Shown here piece after piece: positions 44,134-54,529 of a stretch of 64,000 bases of DNA. Source of the DNA: a virus; UHGV virus genome UHGV-0090252; one strand, given 5' to 3'. Each line of letters starts with the position of its first letter. Position 1 is the stretch's first letter. The notes below the pieces were generated by a model. It saw only the letters and a list, made by a program, of their open reading frames with translations, did no database searches and was not told where the DNA came from. Made by a program: the position numbers and the translations under genes.

Positions 44134-45206
44134 TAAGGAACCTCTAAAAATCCACTATTCAAATCATCTACAACAGTATTCAATAGGTACGCACCGTTCT
44201 GTTGCTCCTGATTAGCATTCTGCTCTTTATCAATTTCCATCTTCTTAATCATGTACTTCAAAGGTGGTTCTTTAGGAGCTACAAAATCTCTTGGAATGCC
44301 AAACATATCATACAGTGGGGCAGCATTATAGTAAACCCACTCATGAAGAAGCTTTGTATTTAAGCCAACTACAGCACGCCCTTCAGAGAAGATATAATAC
44401 GACCATTTTTCTTCACTTTCAACTACTTCATCTAAGATTACTTTAATCTCTGGAAGAATTTGTTGAAAAGCCTTCTGCCACTCATCATCTCTTAAAGTTT
44501 CTTTTAAAACTTCAATATCAATTTTAGTGTGAAGAATTTCGTCAAGCATAATTTTCTGGACAGCTTGAGCAATACCCTGAAATTTATCTTGAGCATCAAG
44601 TGCAAAGGTACATGCAAAGGATGCCATAAAAGATATACCTTCAAGTGCAGTCACTGCAAACAGACCTTTTAGAATCACTTTATGGAAGTGTAAAGGGTCT
44701 TTGTCCAAAAGTGAGTCACGCACATAACTCAGCCGATAGTTTATACCTTCATCCAGTAATTCTTCAAGAACACGATTCACAGTTTTTAATCGGTCTTGCA
44801 CAGCAACATTCTGGTTAATCTCATCTAAGATTGTTTCAGGGTTTTTAATACATTGTCTTACAATCTCTGAGTAAGTAAGAGCATGTAGGTTTTCAATCTC
44901 AGACTGCTTCATAATTGCAGTTGCATAGATGTCGTCAGAGATAAAGGGTGCAAAGGCAAATGCCAAGCTCTTAGCAACTTGAGTGTCTGCTTCCCATTGC
45001 CACTTAAGAATCTCAAGCATTACACCTGACATTGATGCTGGGACACTCTCAAAATCAAGACGTGATTGTTCAAAAGGGAACTCATCTTCTGACCAATCTT
45101 GTGCTTTTTGTTGTTTATAAAGTTCAAAGATTTTTGGGTAGTGCTTATTGAGTGAGTCAAAAGTTTTTCTCTCACCACCTAAAAAGATTGGGTGCTGGTT
45201 AATCAT
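44133..45206 (-). CDS. nrdB: ribonucleotide reductase class Ia small subunit
   Basis: ORF trimmed to ATG (MINQHPIF); overall resemblance to class Ia R2 subunits, iron-ligand motifs not individually mapped; adjacent to nrdA. Confidence 0.8.
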   Translation of the reverse strand: MINQHPIFLGGERKTFDSLNKHYPKIFELYKQQKAQDWSEDEFPFEQSRLDFESVPASMSGVMLEILKWQWEADTQVAKSLAFAFAPFISDDIYATAIMKQSEIENLHALTYSEIVRQCIKNPETILDEINQNVAVQDRLKTVNRVLEELLDEGINYRLSYVRDSLLDKDPLHFHKVILKGLFAVTALEGISFMASFACTFALDAQDKFQGIAQAVQKIMLDEILHTKIDIEVLKETLRDDEWQKAFQQILPEIKVILDEVVESEEKWSYYIFSEGRAVVGLNTKLLHEWVYYNAAPLYDMFGIPRDFVAPKEPPLKYMIKKMEIDKEQNANQEQQNGAYLLNTVVDDLNSGFLEVP

Positions 45207-45460
45207 AGTGTGATTTCTCCTTTCTTTATCATTTCTGAGGCTTGTTTTCTGTCTAAAACTTCCCAATTTTCTTTGTTGAACATCTCATAAGGTCTTGCGT
45301 AGATTTTACCATCTGCTGTAGAGATGTAAGAGATACCAGCAACCCATGAGTCATCCTTTTGTTTTATCATCATATCTGTGCTACTCACATAGTACATCGT
45401 TTTCCGAGGCTTGTGGAGCAAGTATATAGGTCGCTCATGTTTTTCTATTAAATCTTTCAT
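45203..45460 (-). CDS. hypothetical protein
   Basis: ORF trimmed to ATG (MKDLIEKHERP) to avoid overlap with nrdA. Confidence 0.4.
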   Translation of the reverse strand: MKDLIEKHERPIYLLHKPRKTMYYVSSTDMMIKQKDDSWVAGISYISTADGKIYARPYEMFNKENWEVLDRKQASEMIKKGEITL

Positions 45461-45515
45461 GGTCTCTCCAAAGTTATTTTTAGAGGGTCTTTTACGACCC
45501 TCATAGTTATTAAAA

Positions 45516-47750
45516 CTAAACACCACAGCCCTCGCAATAAGCATCTTGCAGTGCAGATTTACCTACACCAATGCGACTGTTAAGGTAGTACATGGTTTTC
45601 ATACCTACCGAGTTGGCATAAATCATGTACTTCAGAGCTTGAGCCAATGATACCTTCTTAGACTTTGCATAGTCAACATAGAAGTCTGAAGAAATAGCTT
45701 GACCAGTGAACTTTTGAACAATTGCATAACAATCAATCATATCAAAGGTGTCAATACCCCAAGCAATTTCATAAACATACTTCAACTCTTCATAATCTGG
45801 AACAATAAACAGTACGTTACCAGTTGCAGACTTTTTAGTTAAAATAAAGTCACGAATTGGGTACAAGCCATTTGTCGTATTAGTTGCTAGTGAAGAACTC
45901 TCATTAGGCATGTAAGCTTCTAATACAGAGTTTCGGATTCCACCATTCTCTTTGATACGTTGTGCTAAGTCATTCCAATCATATCTTAGTTTTGCATCAT
46001 GCTTTTCATCAATCTTCTTGTTAGCTGTCTTTGGAGGAACCCAGCCTTCAGGATACTTAGTGAACTTCATGTACTCTGGAACACCACGCTCTTTAGCAAG
46101 TCTCAGAGAGGCTTCATGCAGATAGTAAGAGTGCATCTCTGCAAGTTCATGAAGCTTCGTCTTACCTGCTCGTGAAGAGTAGTTCACGTAGTTCTTCGCA
46201 AGGTAATGAGCCACATTTGTAAGGCCAATCCCAACAGAACGACGCTTCTGAACATGGTTACGCATCGACGGATACGGATAATCCATAAGGTCAATAACGG
46301 AATCAACCATTGCAAGAGCATAATAAGCAACGTCAGCGTATTCATCTTCTGAAATTCTCCCTGCAACCAAACTAGCTAGGAAGCAAAGAGCCACCTCACC
46401 ATCCTCTTTCACAGCATCGTCTCTGTAAAGGTCTGTCTCTTTCTCAAAACCATACACTGGCAACACAATTTCCATACAAAGATTTGACATCTTCAAAGGC
46501 TCTTTAAATGGTGTATGTGTGTTTGCATTGTTAGTGAAGAATGGATACACACGACCTGTAGCATAACGCTGTTGAATAAACAGCTTAGCAATTTCACGAG
46601 CCTTTACTCGTCTGTGCTTAACTCCTGAATGTACTGCGTGACCAACTGCCATAGCAAACTCATCAGCAGATGCTGTGTAGAACATGTCATAGAGTTTTGG
46701 TGCATCTTTGTAAGAGAATAGCAACCAATCTGTATCATACTGAACACACTGCCAGAAATAATCGTTTGTGCCGAATGAGTAGTCCATCTCATTAATACGT
46801 TTAGAAGGAACCGTTGTAGGGTGCTTCAAACGCAGTAAATCTTCAATCTGCGGGTCTAGAGCAGTGTAGAAGTTATTAGCTGAACCACCACGGCTCTTCT
46901 GTTTGTTTGCCTCTACAGATGAACGTACAAGCTTGTAATAAGGCAGCTTACCCATGTGCTCAATCGTATTTTGACGGATACCATCACCAATAGTACGTGT
47001 CTCCATCAGCATACCAATACCAGCTTGCTTTGTGGTCATATCATAAGCAACCTTTGCAGCAATACCGAGAGACTCAGCAGTATCATTTGCCTTAATCAAA
47101 CAGCATGACGCATAACCTGATTTAGTTGCTCTTAAGCCATTTAAATAAGGCGTAGGGGCGTTAATCTTCAGGTCAGATAGATAAGTGTACAGCTTGATAA
47201 CATCTTGCAGTCTACGGTGCTTTGGTTGCTTCTCAAAAGCTTTCATAGCCATACCCATAAACATAAATTGTGGTGACTCAAAAAGTCTTCCCGTTTTAAT
47301 ATCACGGATACCATACTTGTCTCTGAACTGTTTCAAGACTGCATAACCGTAAGAGATATCTTTTGAGTGTACGATGTAACCTTGCAGGTATTCAAGCTCT
47401 TCCTGTGAATAATCCATCTTCTCCCAAAGTCCTGCTCTCTCCATATTTTTAACGAAGGTGACCAGCGTAGGAACCTTAGTAAAGCCTCCAAAGGCTTCTT
47501 TGTAGATAATACCCAAAAGCAGTCGTCCAGCCATGCCTGAGTACTCTTGAGTTTGTTTATCAACACAAACATCAATCATGGCTTGGTGCATCTCTTTTGT
47601 AGTGCAACCCTCATAGACACGTTTCATAGCTTCCATAGTGACTTCTGACCAGATAATTCCACGTTTATCTGCCCATGATGCCCATTTATTCAGTCTTTCT
47701 GGGTCAAAGCTGACTACTGTACCGTTTGATTTTTTAATTGTCTTAATCAT
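45516..47750 (-). CDS. nrdA: ribonucleotide reductase class Ia large subunit
   Basis: 744 aa; N-terminal ATP-cone (KKSNGTVVSFDPERL) and overall R1-like sequence. Confidence 0.85.
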   Translation of the reverse strand: MIKTIKKSNGTVVSFDPERLNKWASWADKRGIIWSEVTMEAMKRVYEGCTTKEMHQAMIDVCVDKQTQEYSGMAGRLLLGIIYKEAFGGFTKVPTLVTFVKNMERAGLWEKMDYSQEELEYLQGYIVHSKDISYGYAVLKQFRDKYGIRDIKTGRLFESPQFMFMGMAMKAFEKQPKHRRLQDVIKLYTYLSDLKINAPTPYLNGLRATKSGYASCCLIKANDTAESLGIAAKVAYDMTTKQAGIGMLMETRTIGDGIRQNTIEHMGKLPYYKLVRSSVEANKQKSRGGSANNFYTALDPQIEDLLRLKHPTTVPSKRINEMDYSFGTNDYFWQCVQYDTDWLLFSYKDAPKLYDMFYTASADEFAMAVGHAVHSGVKHRRVKAREIAKLFIQQRYATGRVYPFFTNNANTHTPFKEPLKMSNLCMEIVLPVYGFEKETDLYRDDAVKEDGEVALCFLASLVAGRISEDEYADVAYYALAMVDSVIDLMDYPYPSMRNHVQKRRSVGIGLTNVAHYLAKNYVNYSSRAGKTKLHELAEMHSYYLHEASLRLAKERGVPEYMKFTKYPEGWVPPKTANKKIDEKHDAKLRYDWNDLAQRIKENGGIRNSVLEAYMPNESSSLATNTTNGLYPIRDFILTKKSATGNVLFIVPDYEELKYVYEIAWGIDTFDMIDCYAIVQKFTGQAISSDFYVDYAKSKKVSLAQALKYMIYANSVGMKTMYYLNSRIGVGKSALQDAYCEGCGV

Positions 47751-47768
47751 TTTTGAGTCCTACAGATG

Positions 47769-47790
47769 AAAAGAGCCTCCGAAGAGGCTC
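47769..47790 (-). terminator. rho-independent terminator upstream of nrdA
   Basis: GAGCCTC-CGAA-GAGGCTC hairpin with AAAA on plus strand to the left. Confidence 0.65.
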
Positions 47791-47796
47791 CATAGT

Positions 47797-48132
47797 TTAA
47801 ATCTTGAAAATTTGCTCATTCTGCCACATATCGTAAAACTTATCACTTACTTTTGTGACTGAAGAAGTGTGCATACAATTCAGGAGCCATGACGGTGTAT
47901 TATCACCCATAATCGTTTCAAGTTTTTGTGTAACGTTCACATCCATGTCTGCAACAACATAATTACCTCGCATCTTGCAAACAATTCTCCCAAACAAGAT
48001 TGCGCTTCTTCCTCTTCGGTCATCACAGTACATAACTGTGTCCCCGTGCTTGATATCTTGTCCGATACTGTCAACACCTAACTTAGCACCTGAGATGATG
48101 TCATCATAAGATAGCTTTTTTGTTTTAGACAC
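47797..48132 (-). CDS. hypothetical protein (111 aa)
   Basis: ORF followed by terminator. Confidence 0.45.
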   Translation of the reverse strand: MSKTKKLSYDDIISGAKLGVDSIGQDIKHGDTVMYCDDRRGRSAILFGRIVCKMRGNYVVADMDVNVTQKLETIMGDNTPSWLLNCMHTSSVTKVSDKFYDMWQNEQIFKI

Positions 48133-48457
48133 GGTATTTCTCCAAGTTTCTTTTTAGATACAACCAACCATAATCAGTCCTTTCTACACCCATAAAGAGT
48201 GGAGCCATCACAACTTTACCGAAAGTATTTCTGTGTTGGCAGATTTCAAAAGAATACTCTTTCTCAATGTCAATCCCGTATTTGTACAGGACTGCTTTTA
48301 AAACTTGTTCATTATCCAGAAGTGTATCTGGAGTCTCACCATACTTTTCAAGTAACGGGTCATTCATAAACACCGTCATAGAAATATTGTAGTTTGAGAA
48401 GTGGCTCTTCTGAGCCACACCCTCTTTATTAATGTTCTGTGAATCCATTATAACCAA
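48125..48457 (-). CDS. hypothetical protein (110 aa)
   Basis: ORF in minus-strand run. Confidence 0.45.
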   Translation of the reverse strand: MVIMDSQNINKEGVAQKSHFSNYNISMTVFMNDPLLEKYGETPDTLLDNEQVLKAVLYKYGIDIEKEYSFEICQHRNTFGKVVMAPLFMGVERTDYGWLYLKRNLEKYRV

Positions 48458-49184
48458 CCCCTTTTAACCAGCACTTCAGGTTATTAGCATCATAATTCAG
48501 TTTCGGGTATGAGGTTACATGGAACTGCTCACCATCATAATAGACAATATCTGCAATCCATAGTCCATTCTCTTTACAGAAGTCTTTATCTGCTTTAGAG
48601 GTAATTGGATTAACTTCTACAAAACCATCTACACCCAAATCCTTTAAGCTACCTACAATACCTTTGCAGATAACGCATGTCTCAGATACTACCACAAAAA
48701 GTTCTTGGCTTTCAAGTTCTACAATGTATTCACCAAGCTGTACTTTAGGGAGATTTGATTGCTTCATAATCTTCCCATCGGCTGCACGAACAATCGCATA
48801 CCACTCTTTACCATCAACTACTGACATTCTGATAATACACTCTTGACCAGTACGCTTTTCAATGTCTGCAAGACGTTTTAAAGCTTCTTCATAGTCATCT
48901 GTGTACTTCAGGTCATTATTATGGCAAACAGCTTTCATAGCACCGTTATGGTCATGTTGTGACAGATAAATCAAGCCGTCAAGAACATATTGTAAATCTG
49001 CCTGAGCATCCAGTGTCTCAATGGGGTCTTTCTCTTCAATTGCTTTTACAAGCTCTTTTGCTTCTTCAAGCATACACAGAGATTGAGATTTTAAAGATTC
49101 CCAATACTCATCACTGTAAGGTTGCTTTTGAGTGTTTCCACAACGAAGGTTCCAGTTTTTTACTGATTCTCTTGAGTTAAACAT
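48429..49184 (-). CDS. hypothetical protein, N-terminal region weakly MazG/NTP-pyrophosphohydrolase-like
   Basis: 251 aa; helical N-terminus with EE..DA pattern; weak. Confidence 0.35.
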   Translation of the reverse strand: MFNSRESVKNWNLRCGNTQKQPYSDEYWESLKSQSLCMLEEAKELVKAIEEKDPIETLDAQADLQYVLDGLIYLSQHDHNGAMKAVCHNNDLKYTDDYEEALKRLADIEKRTGQECIIRMSVVDGKEWYAIVRAADGKIMKQSNLPKVQLGEYIVELESQELFVVVSETCVICKGIVGSLKDLGVDGFVEVNPITSKADKDFCKENGLWIADIVYYDGEQFHVTSYPKLNYDANNLKCWLKGVGYNGFTEH

Positions 49185-49423
49185 TCGGACTCCTTAAAAT
49201 ATTTGTTAACCTTTAGCTCTCGTGTTTCAATATATTCTAGATGCTCACGTAGCTCTTGACGTTTAAGCATTAGGTGCTGCATTTGAGATTCAACAGATTC
49301 AACTTCTTTAATTATTGACTCTCTAGCATTTGCAAGGATGCGCTCAAGTTCTTCAATCTTGCTGTCAACTTTTGCTACATGGCTCACAGCTTTACTTTTG
49401 TTAAACATTTTATTCTCTCTCAA
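49160..49423 (-). CDS. hypothetical coiled-coil protein (87 aa)
   Basis: ORF in minus-strand run. Confidence 0.4.
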   Translation of the reverse strand: MRENKMFNKSKAVSHVAKVDSKIEELERILANARESIIKEVESVESQMQHLMLKRQELREHLEYIETRELKVNKYFKESECLTQENQ

Positions 49424-49429
49424 TAGTTA

Positions 49430-49927
49430 TCAAGCACAATTTGCTTTCATTACCTTATGGATTCTTTTTTCAGCATCTTCATAAGTTTCTTTAGTAATAA
49501 ACTTAATTGCTGCAATATTGGCATTGTAGAAGAGTCTGAGCTTCGAGTCAATCCTTTTTGTCATTACATCGAATTTATGTTGAAGGTTTGCTTCACCATA
49601 GACTAGGCCACCTTTTGTGTAGTAGGTTTGAATAATGTAAAAGTCAAAAAATTCTTTTCCAAAGCTCTCAATATCTTTTTTAATATACTCAGAAGAAGTC
49701 TCGTAAGTCATCCAATCACTCTCCTTAGTGACTACCTTCTTCCGAGTCTTCCCAGCAACTTTTCTTTTGGTCACACTGTTAAGCTGCTTCTTTCCGATAT
49801 AGTATTGTCCAGTCTTCTTACAGTGTACTAAATAGACAAAGCCAAAATGTTTAGTGGGGTCAACTTCCCCACATAAAGATACCCAATGGCCATAGGTAGG
49901 GCAATTGCCAAATCCTTTAATCTTCAT
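49430..49927 (-). CDS. GIY-YIG family endonuclease (probable free-standing homing endonuclease)
   Basis: 165 aa; GFVYLVHCKKTGQYYIGKK matches the GIY-(N10)-YIG motif. Confidence 0.6.
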   Translation of the reverse strand: MKIKGFGNCPTYGHWVSLCGEVDPTKHFGFVYLVHCKKTGQYYIGKKQLNSVTKRKVAGKTRKKVVTKESDWMTYETSSEYIKKDIESFGKEFFDFYIIQTYYTKGGLVYGEANLQHKFDVMTKRIDSKLRLFYNANIAAIKFITKETYEDAEKRIHKVMKANCA

Positions 49928-50957
49928 TCATACACGGCTCCCAATTATATTTCTTAAAAGAGAAATTATCTTTTGGATTTCTCTCTTGATATGCTACCCA
50001 GAAATGCTGTTCCATTAACTCTAACGGCGTCTTTGTAACGGTCTGTCCATCCCATGACACATAGGTATAAGAGTCTTTTTTAGCATAAAGTTCATAGATA
50101 GCGTCAAGACACTCTTTGTAGGTCTCTTTACCCTCTAAAGCATTCATCACAGCTACTTTACCAGCACCTTTTAGGCCGAAGTAGTTGTCTGCATTATCTC
50201 CAGCAACAGCCTGATAACACAAGAATTTAAAACCTACACCAACTGTTTTTGCAGCTTTTGGTTTTGATTTGATAGGGCAATCCCAGATATTACCAACATT
50301 ATTATCAGCGATAAAAATTAGTGGTGATTTTTCATAAGTCATATCAATACAATAAGTCCCTTCAGCTTGTCGAAGGTCTTTGTCAATACTCATAAGAGCA
50401 GCTTTCTTACCCATCTTTTCAGCTTTAGCAATTACGATTGAATCGGCTTCGAAGCCACCCCTTAAGAGTTTGAACTCTGGTCTGGATAAAAGATATTCAC
50501 GACAAGCAACTAAGTGTGTTGGTGTGACAGCATCTTTGCGGTTACCTTGATATTGGTGCTCAAGACCTTTAATGTCTTTATGTTTATGCACACCTTTCTC
50601 TGTTAAATAACCCACCCAAGTTCTATCTTTACCAACAACCTTAAGCCACTCCTGAAGAACCTGTTGAGTAGCCATGATAGCTTCTTTTTCACTCTTAGCT
50701 TCTTTCCAAGTCTGTCTTTCCCATTCATCTTCATCAAATGTCAGACCAAGCTCTTCCACAAAGATTCTCTGGTCTGCTAACCATCTTGCGGCATCTTTCG
50801 CATTATCAAATGGCTCAGACTCTTCTGCTGTGAGTTTATTGACATATTTATACTTTGCTTTCTCAACTACACAAGCACCTTTATAGGCAATACTGTCAGA
50901 GTCAATAAAGACATGTGTAACTGAATCGGGAAGTTTTGTTAATGTGTACTTCTCCAT
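49917..50957 (-). CDS. RNase H / flap endonuclease (5'-3' exonuclease) family protein
   Basis: 346 aa; EADSIVIAKAEKMGKKAALMSIDKDL and downstream AGDNADNYFG resemble T4 RNase H as recalled. Confidence 0.55.
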   Translation of the reverse strand: MEKYTLTKLPDSVTHVFIDSDSIAYKGACVVEKAKYKYVNKLTAEESEPFDNAKDAARWLADQRIFVEELGLTFDEDEWERQTWKEAKSEKEAIMATQQVLQEWLKVVGKDRTWVGYLTEKGVHKHKDIKGLEHQYQGNRKDAVTPTHLVACREYLLSRPEFKLLRGGFEADSIVIAKAEKMGKKAALMSIDKDLRQAEGTYCIDMTYEKSPLIFIADNNVGNIWDCPIKSKPKAAKTVGVGFKFLCYQAVAGDNADNYFGLKGAGKVAVMNALEGKETYKECLDAIYELYAKKDSYTYVSWDGQTVTKTPLELMEQHFWVAYQERNPKDNFSFKKYNWEPCMNED

Positions 50958-51019
50958 TATGGCTCTCCATATGAAAAAGCCCCATACTGAGTACAGGGCT
51001 TTAAAGTAACTTTTAGAGA

Positions 51020-51868
51020 TTAATCTTCTGTATCGAAGTCTTCATCTTCTTCGTCATCTGGGTCTGGCAAATCTTCATCATCACCATCATTCGAAGATTT
51101 ATGGTCTGTTGCGTCTTCTTCAGTGATTTCACCGTTATCTTCAACACCGTCAAGACCAAGCATAGCCAGTTCATCTTCATCCAGTTCAGGCTCACCATTA
51201 GCACCGTTACCACCAGTGTAAGGTACAAGAGTGTCAATGATAAACTGTTCCTGAATAGGTTTTGTCAGAACATTGTTCTCAAAAGTGTAGAAGTGAGTAG
51301 AAAGAATCACACTACCAAAAGAACCGTTGCCAACTGCAATATCTGGATGAATTACATCATAGTTCTTGTCATCTTCATGTTTATCAGATGCTTGAGCTTT
51401 GATTTTCTTCATCGGCTGCTTAACAGCTACACGCTTACCATTTACTTCTTCAATCAGCATTACAGGGAATGACTGTTTAGATGTCCATACAGCACCATCT
51501 TTATAAGCTGCTGCACGACTTACTTTCAAGATGTAGTAAGTGTCTGCTTCAAAAGGTGGTTTACAACCAAACTTCTCTTCGAAGTCATCTGCATCAACTG
51601 CTTCAGTAGTAACTTTATCCCAGCCTTCTGGATTTTTCTTAGACTTAGTAAACTCTTTAAACAGTTTGTTACCGTCTTCTGCCAGAATTGATACGCTGTA
51701 GTTACAATCTTTTCCTGGGAATTTCTTATCAATAGACTTACCTTTTCCCGGACGTGGTGAAGTGTTCAGGTAATAAAACCAGACATCTTTCAGTAGGTAA
51801 CGCAGAGTTTGACGTTCAGTACCGTTGTACTTCTCTACCGGAGCTTTCATTTTAACAACTTTAGACAT
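51020..51868 (-). CDS. putative ssDNA-binding protein with acidic C-terminal tail
   Basis: 282 aa; C-terminus DGDDEDLPDPDDEEDEDFDTED typical of phage SSBs; position among replication genes. Confidence 0.45.
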   Translation of the reverse strand: MSKVVKMKAPVEKYNGTERQTLRYLLKDVWFYYLNTSPRPGKGKSIDKKFPGKDCNYSVSILAEDGNKLFKEFTKSKKNPEGWDKVTTEAVDADDFEEKFGCKPPFEADTYYILKVSRAAAYKDGAVWTSKQSFPVMLIEEVNGKRVAVKQPMKKIKAQASDKHEDDKNYDVIHPDIAVGNGSFGSVILSTHFYTFENNVLTKPIQEQFIIDTLVPYTGGNGANGEPELDEDELAMLGLDGVEDNGEITEEDATDHKSSNDGDDEDLPDPDDEEDEDFDTED

Positions 51869-52086
51869 TATTTAAACCTCTATCTCAATTTATGAAGAGT
51901 ACCAATTCTAATTTGTTGATACTCTATTGTCAAATACTAATTACTGGAAGTTGTGCTTATCTTTAGAAGCTGCTTTACGTGCAGTTTTTCCAGTTCTTAC
52001 ACGTTTCTCTTCATAGTACTTTGCTGGTTTTCCAGCAGTGGCTTTTAAGGAATCCCCAAAAACTTTTTCAAATGCTTTAGAGTGTT

Positions 52087-52380
52087 TCATGATATTCTCC
52101 GATATACTTGATATTCAAACACATTTTCTTTCATTATAAACAGCCAACCAATATTATGTTCAGGTATAGTAATAGTGACTGTGATAATACTGTGATGGAA
52201 CTTTTCTTCTACCTCAACACCGCCATCACATTTCATGTAGAGCATTCTATAGAACCTATCAATCTTTGTCAAACACTCTTCCTGAAATTTATTTAAACTT
52301 TTTTCTTCAAAGAAGGGTGTGAACCCCTCTCTTTTATAACTATCACTCAGTTTCGAATGGGCAGTCATCTGCATCCTCAC
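52087..52380 (-). CDS. hypothetical protein (97 aa)
   Basis: ORF in minus-strand run. Confidence 0.4.
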   Translation of the reverse strand: MRMQMTAHSKLSDSYKREGFTPFFEEKSLNKFQEECLTKIDRFYRMLYMKCDGGVEVEEKFHHSIITVTITIPEHNIGWLFIMKENVFEYQVYRRIS

Positions 52381-54334
52381 TTAATACAGGTGGAATCGTT
52401 GAGCTTTGACGCTGCTCTTCAGTATAGACTTCACCAGTCTCACGGTCAAACACTTCATCCTCATAATGCGGTAAAGAGTCATCGTAATGGTCTTCAGCTT
52501 CACCAATACCAAACTGTTGGCGAATATTTTCTGCTGCACCATCAATGTCAACCCCACAACCAGATGCTTTGATGAGGCGTCCTGTATCTGGATTGTACCA
52601 AGTATGACCAGCAATACCAGTTGACTTACCATGCCGACGGCATTTAGTTAACTTGATTTTTGTCAAGTTTTTCTTAACAGGGTCTGGGTCAACCTTGTTA
52701 CGCATCAACAGGATGTTGTTCATAGAAATCTGGAAATACGCACCAGAACCTTTAATATCCTCTTCAGAGATATCCCCACCTTCAGAGTTAGCCTTCTGAC
52801 CACCTGCACTCTTACGAACGTGACAGACGTTCACCTGTGCATACTGGTAGCGTTTGCAACGACGCAATAGCTCAGACAAAACTTCCTCTTCATCCGTATC
52901 TGAACGTGACAGAGCCAACGTAATAGGGTCAAGAATAATAATCTTACAGTCTAAACTATTAACAAGATAGTCAACAAACTCCAGCAAGTTATCTTGGTCA
53001 ATTGCCCCTTGATGGTCAACGATGTGGATACGACGACCTTTAGATAGTTCTGCGTGTGCTTCCTTCAATTCATCCCAATCACGTTCGTCATAAGGAATCT
53101 CAGAAATCTGCTTGCTCAGGTGGATTGCGCAGAGCATCTCCATCAGCTCTTCATAGGTATCCTCTACAGGAATTACACCAATATTGTAATCGGTATCTTT
53201 CCAAGCAGTATAAATCATTTCACGAGTGTATGCTGATTTACCCACTGAAGATGGTGCTGCCAGCGTTGTAATCTCACCTAAACCGTAACCGCCATAAGTC
53301 AGCCTGTTCAAATCTCCGAAAGATTCTGGGAAAGGAATCAATGGAATCTGACCACGATTCTTCATTGCCTCAAAACCATCTGCGAAGTTCTTGATACCAG
53401 CAGGACAGTAACGAGGTGCATTGTAGATACGCTGCTTAAATCCTTCCAGAACTGTATCTTTCTCTTTATAGAACTTTGTCCACCATTCATTAAGGTCTTT
53501 TACACCTTCTGGATACTGGAATAAACGAACCTTCTCAATAGGTAGGATACCAGCAGCTTCTTTGGTAGCTTTAGCACCTGCTTCATCGTTATCAAAGCAC
53601 AAGTAAATCTCATCAAATGATGTGATGTACTGATAGTTGTCTTTGATAGACTTAATGTTTGCACCCGATGGAACAGATACGTGACAGTAATTCTTACGAC
53701 GAGATTTGTCCTTAATCGCAAGAGAAGTCATATAGATTGCTGTCGCACATTCCATCTCACCTTCCCAGATGAATAGACGGTTACCACCTTCTGGAGCAAT
53801 CCATGAACCGAACATTGCCAGTTCACCTTTAATGTCTCCAACACCACCTGAGAAGTCTTTTAACTTACCACGTAGGTGCTCTTTTGGATGGTCTTCTGGA
53901 TAACGGTGACGAACACGGTAGCCAACATGTTCTAACTTACCATCTTCATTGCGTTTGTAAGTTGGGTAGAAATGTGCGTCAATTTCACCATCACTGTCAA
54001 TGTCTACCTTGATACCTAAACGCTCAAGAACTTTTGCAGGAATCTTCCTGTCTTTTAAGTCCATTGCTTCAAGGTTTTCTTTTACATCGTCTAAATCCAT
54101 TCCACGGAAAGTACGGTTTTTATTGTCTGAACCAGTAGAATAAGTGCTCACGATTTGTCCTTTATCAAAGTCCCACTCTGGGAAACCTTTGTTACAACTA
54201 AAGCAAGTCATCGAATAAGAATCATCGTCATGATGATAGATTGAACCAGCATCTGATGAACCACAACGTGGACATGCACAATGACCAATAAACTGACCAG
54301 CCTCTTTCAATTTACGACCTTTAGACATTAGCAC
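52343..54334 (-). CDS. bifunctional primase-helicase (zinc-ribbon and primase N-terminus, DnaB-family helicase C-terminus)
   Basis: 663 aa; N-terminal CPRCGSS...CFSC zinc ribbon, C-terminal Walker A AAPSSVGKSAYT and Walker B IIILDP. Confidence 0.8.
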   Translation of the reverse strand: MLMSKGRKLKEAGQFIGHCACPRCGSSDAGSIYHHDDDSYSMTCFSCNKGFPEWDFDKGQIVSTYSTGSDNKNRTFRGMDLDDVKENLEAMDLKDRKIPAKVLERLGIKVDIDSDGEIDAHFYPTYKRNEDGKLEHVGYRVRHRYPEDHPKEHLRGKLKDFSGGVGDIKGELAMFGSWIAPEGGNRLFIWEGEMECATAIYMTSLAIKDKSRRKNYCHVSVPSGANIKSIKDNYQYITSFDEIYLCFDNDEAGAKATKEAAGILPIEKVRLFQYPEGVKDLNEWWTKFYKEKDTVLEGFKQRIYNAPRYCPAGIKNFADGFEAMKNRGQIPLIPFPESFGDLNRLTYGGYGLGEITTLAAPSSVGKSAYTREMIYTAWKDTDYNIGVIPVEDTYEELMEMLCAIHLSKQISEIPYDERDWDELKEAHAELSKGRRIHIVDHQGAIDQDNLLEFVDYLVNSLDCKIIILDPITLALSRSDTDEEEVLSELLRRCKRYQYAQVNVCHVRKSAGGQKANSEGGDISEEDIKGSGAYFQISMNNILLMRNKVDPDPVKKNLTKIKLTKCRRHGKSTGIAGHTWYNPDTGRLIKASGCGVDIDGAAENIRQQFGIGEAEDHYDDSLPHYEDEVFDRETGEVYTEEQRQSSTIPPVLSEDADDCPFETE

Positions 54335-54521
54335 CTCTTCGTTGTAGTTCTGCTTTTAATCCATTTTCAATCTTGTCCAGTTCATGAATTTCATCTGCAA
54401 TCTCTTTCCTTCGTGATTCAACTCTCTTAAGACGTTCAATCATTACCTCATTGGAAAGAGATGAGAGTTCCACTAAACGGTGGTCAATAACTTTAAAATT
54501 GTCTTTTACTCTCATCTTCAT
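54321..54521 (-). CDS. hypothetical protein (66 aa)
   Basis: ORF in minus-strand run. Confidence 0.4.
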   Translation of the reverse strand: MKMRVKDNFKVIDHRLVELSSLSNEVMIERLKRVESRRKEIADEIHELDKIENGLKAELQRRGANV

Positions 54522-54529
54522 TCTCTCTT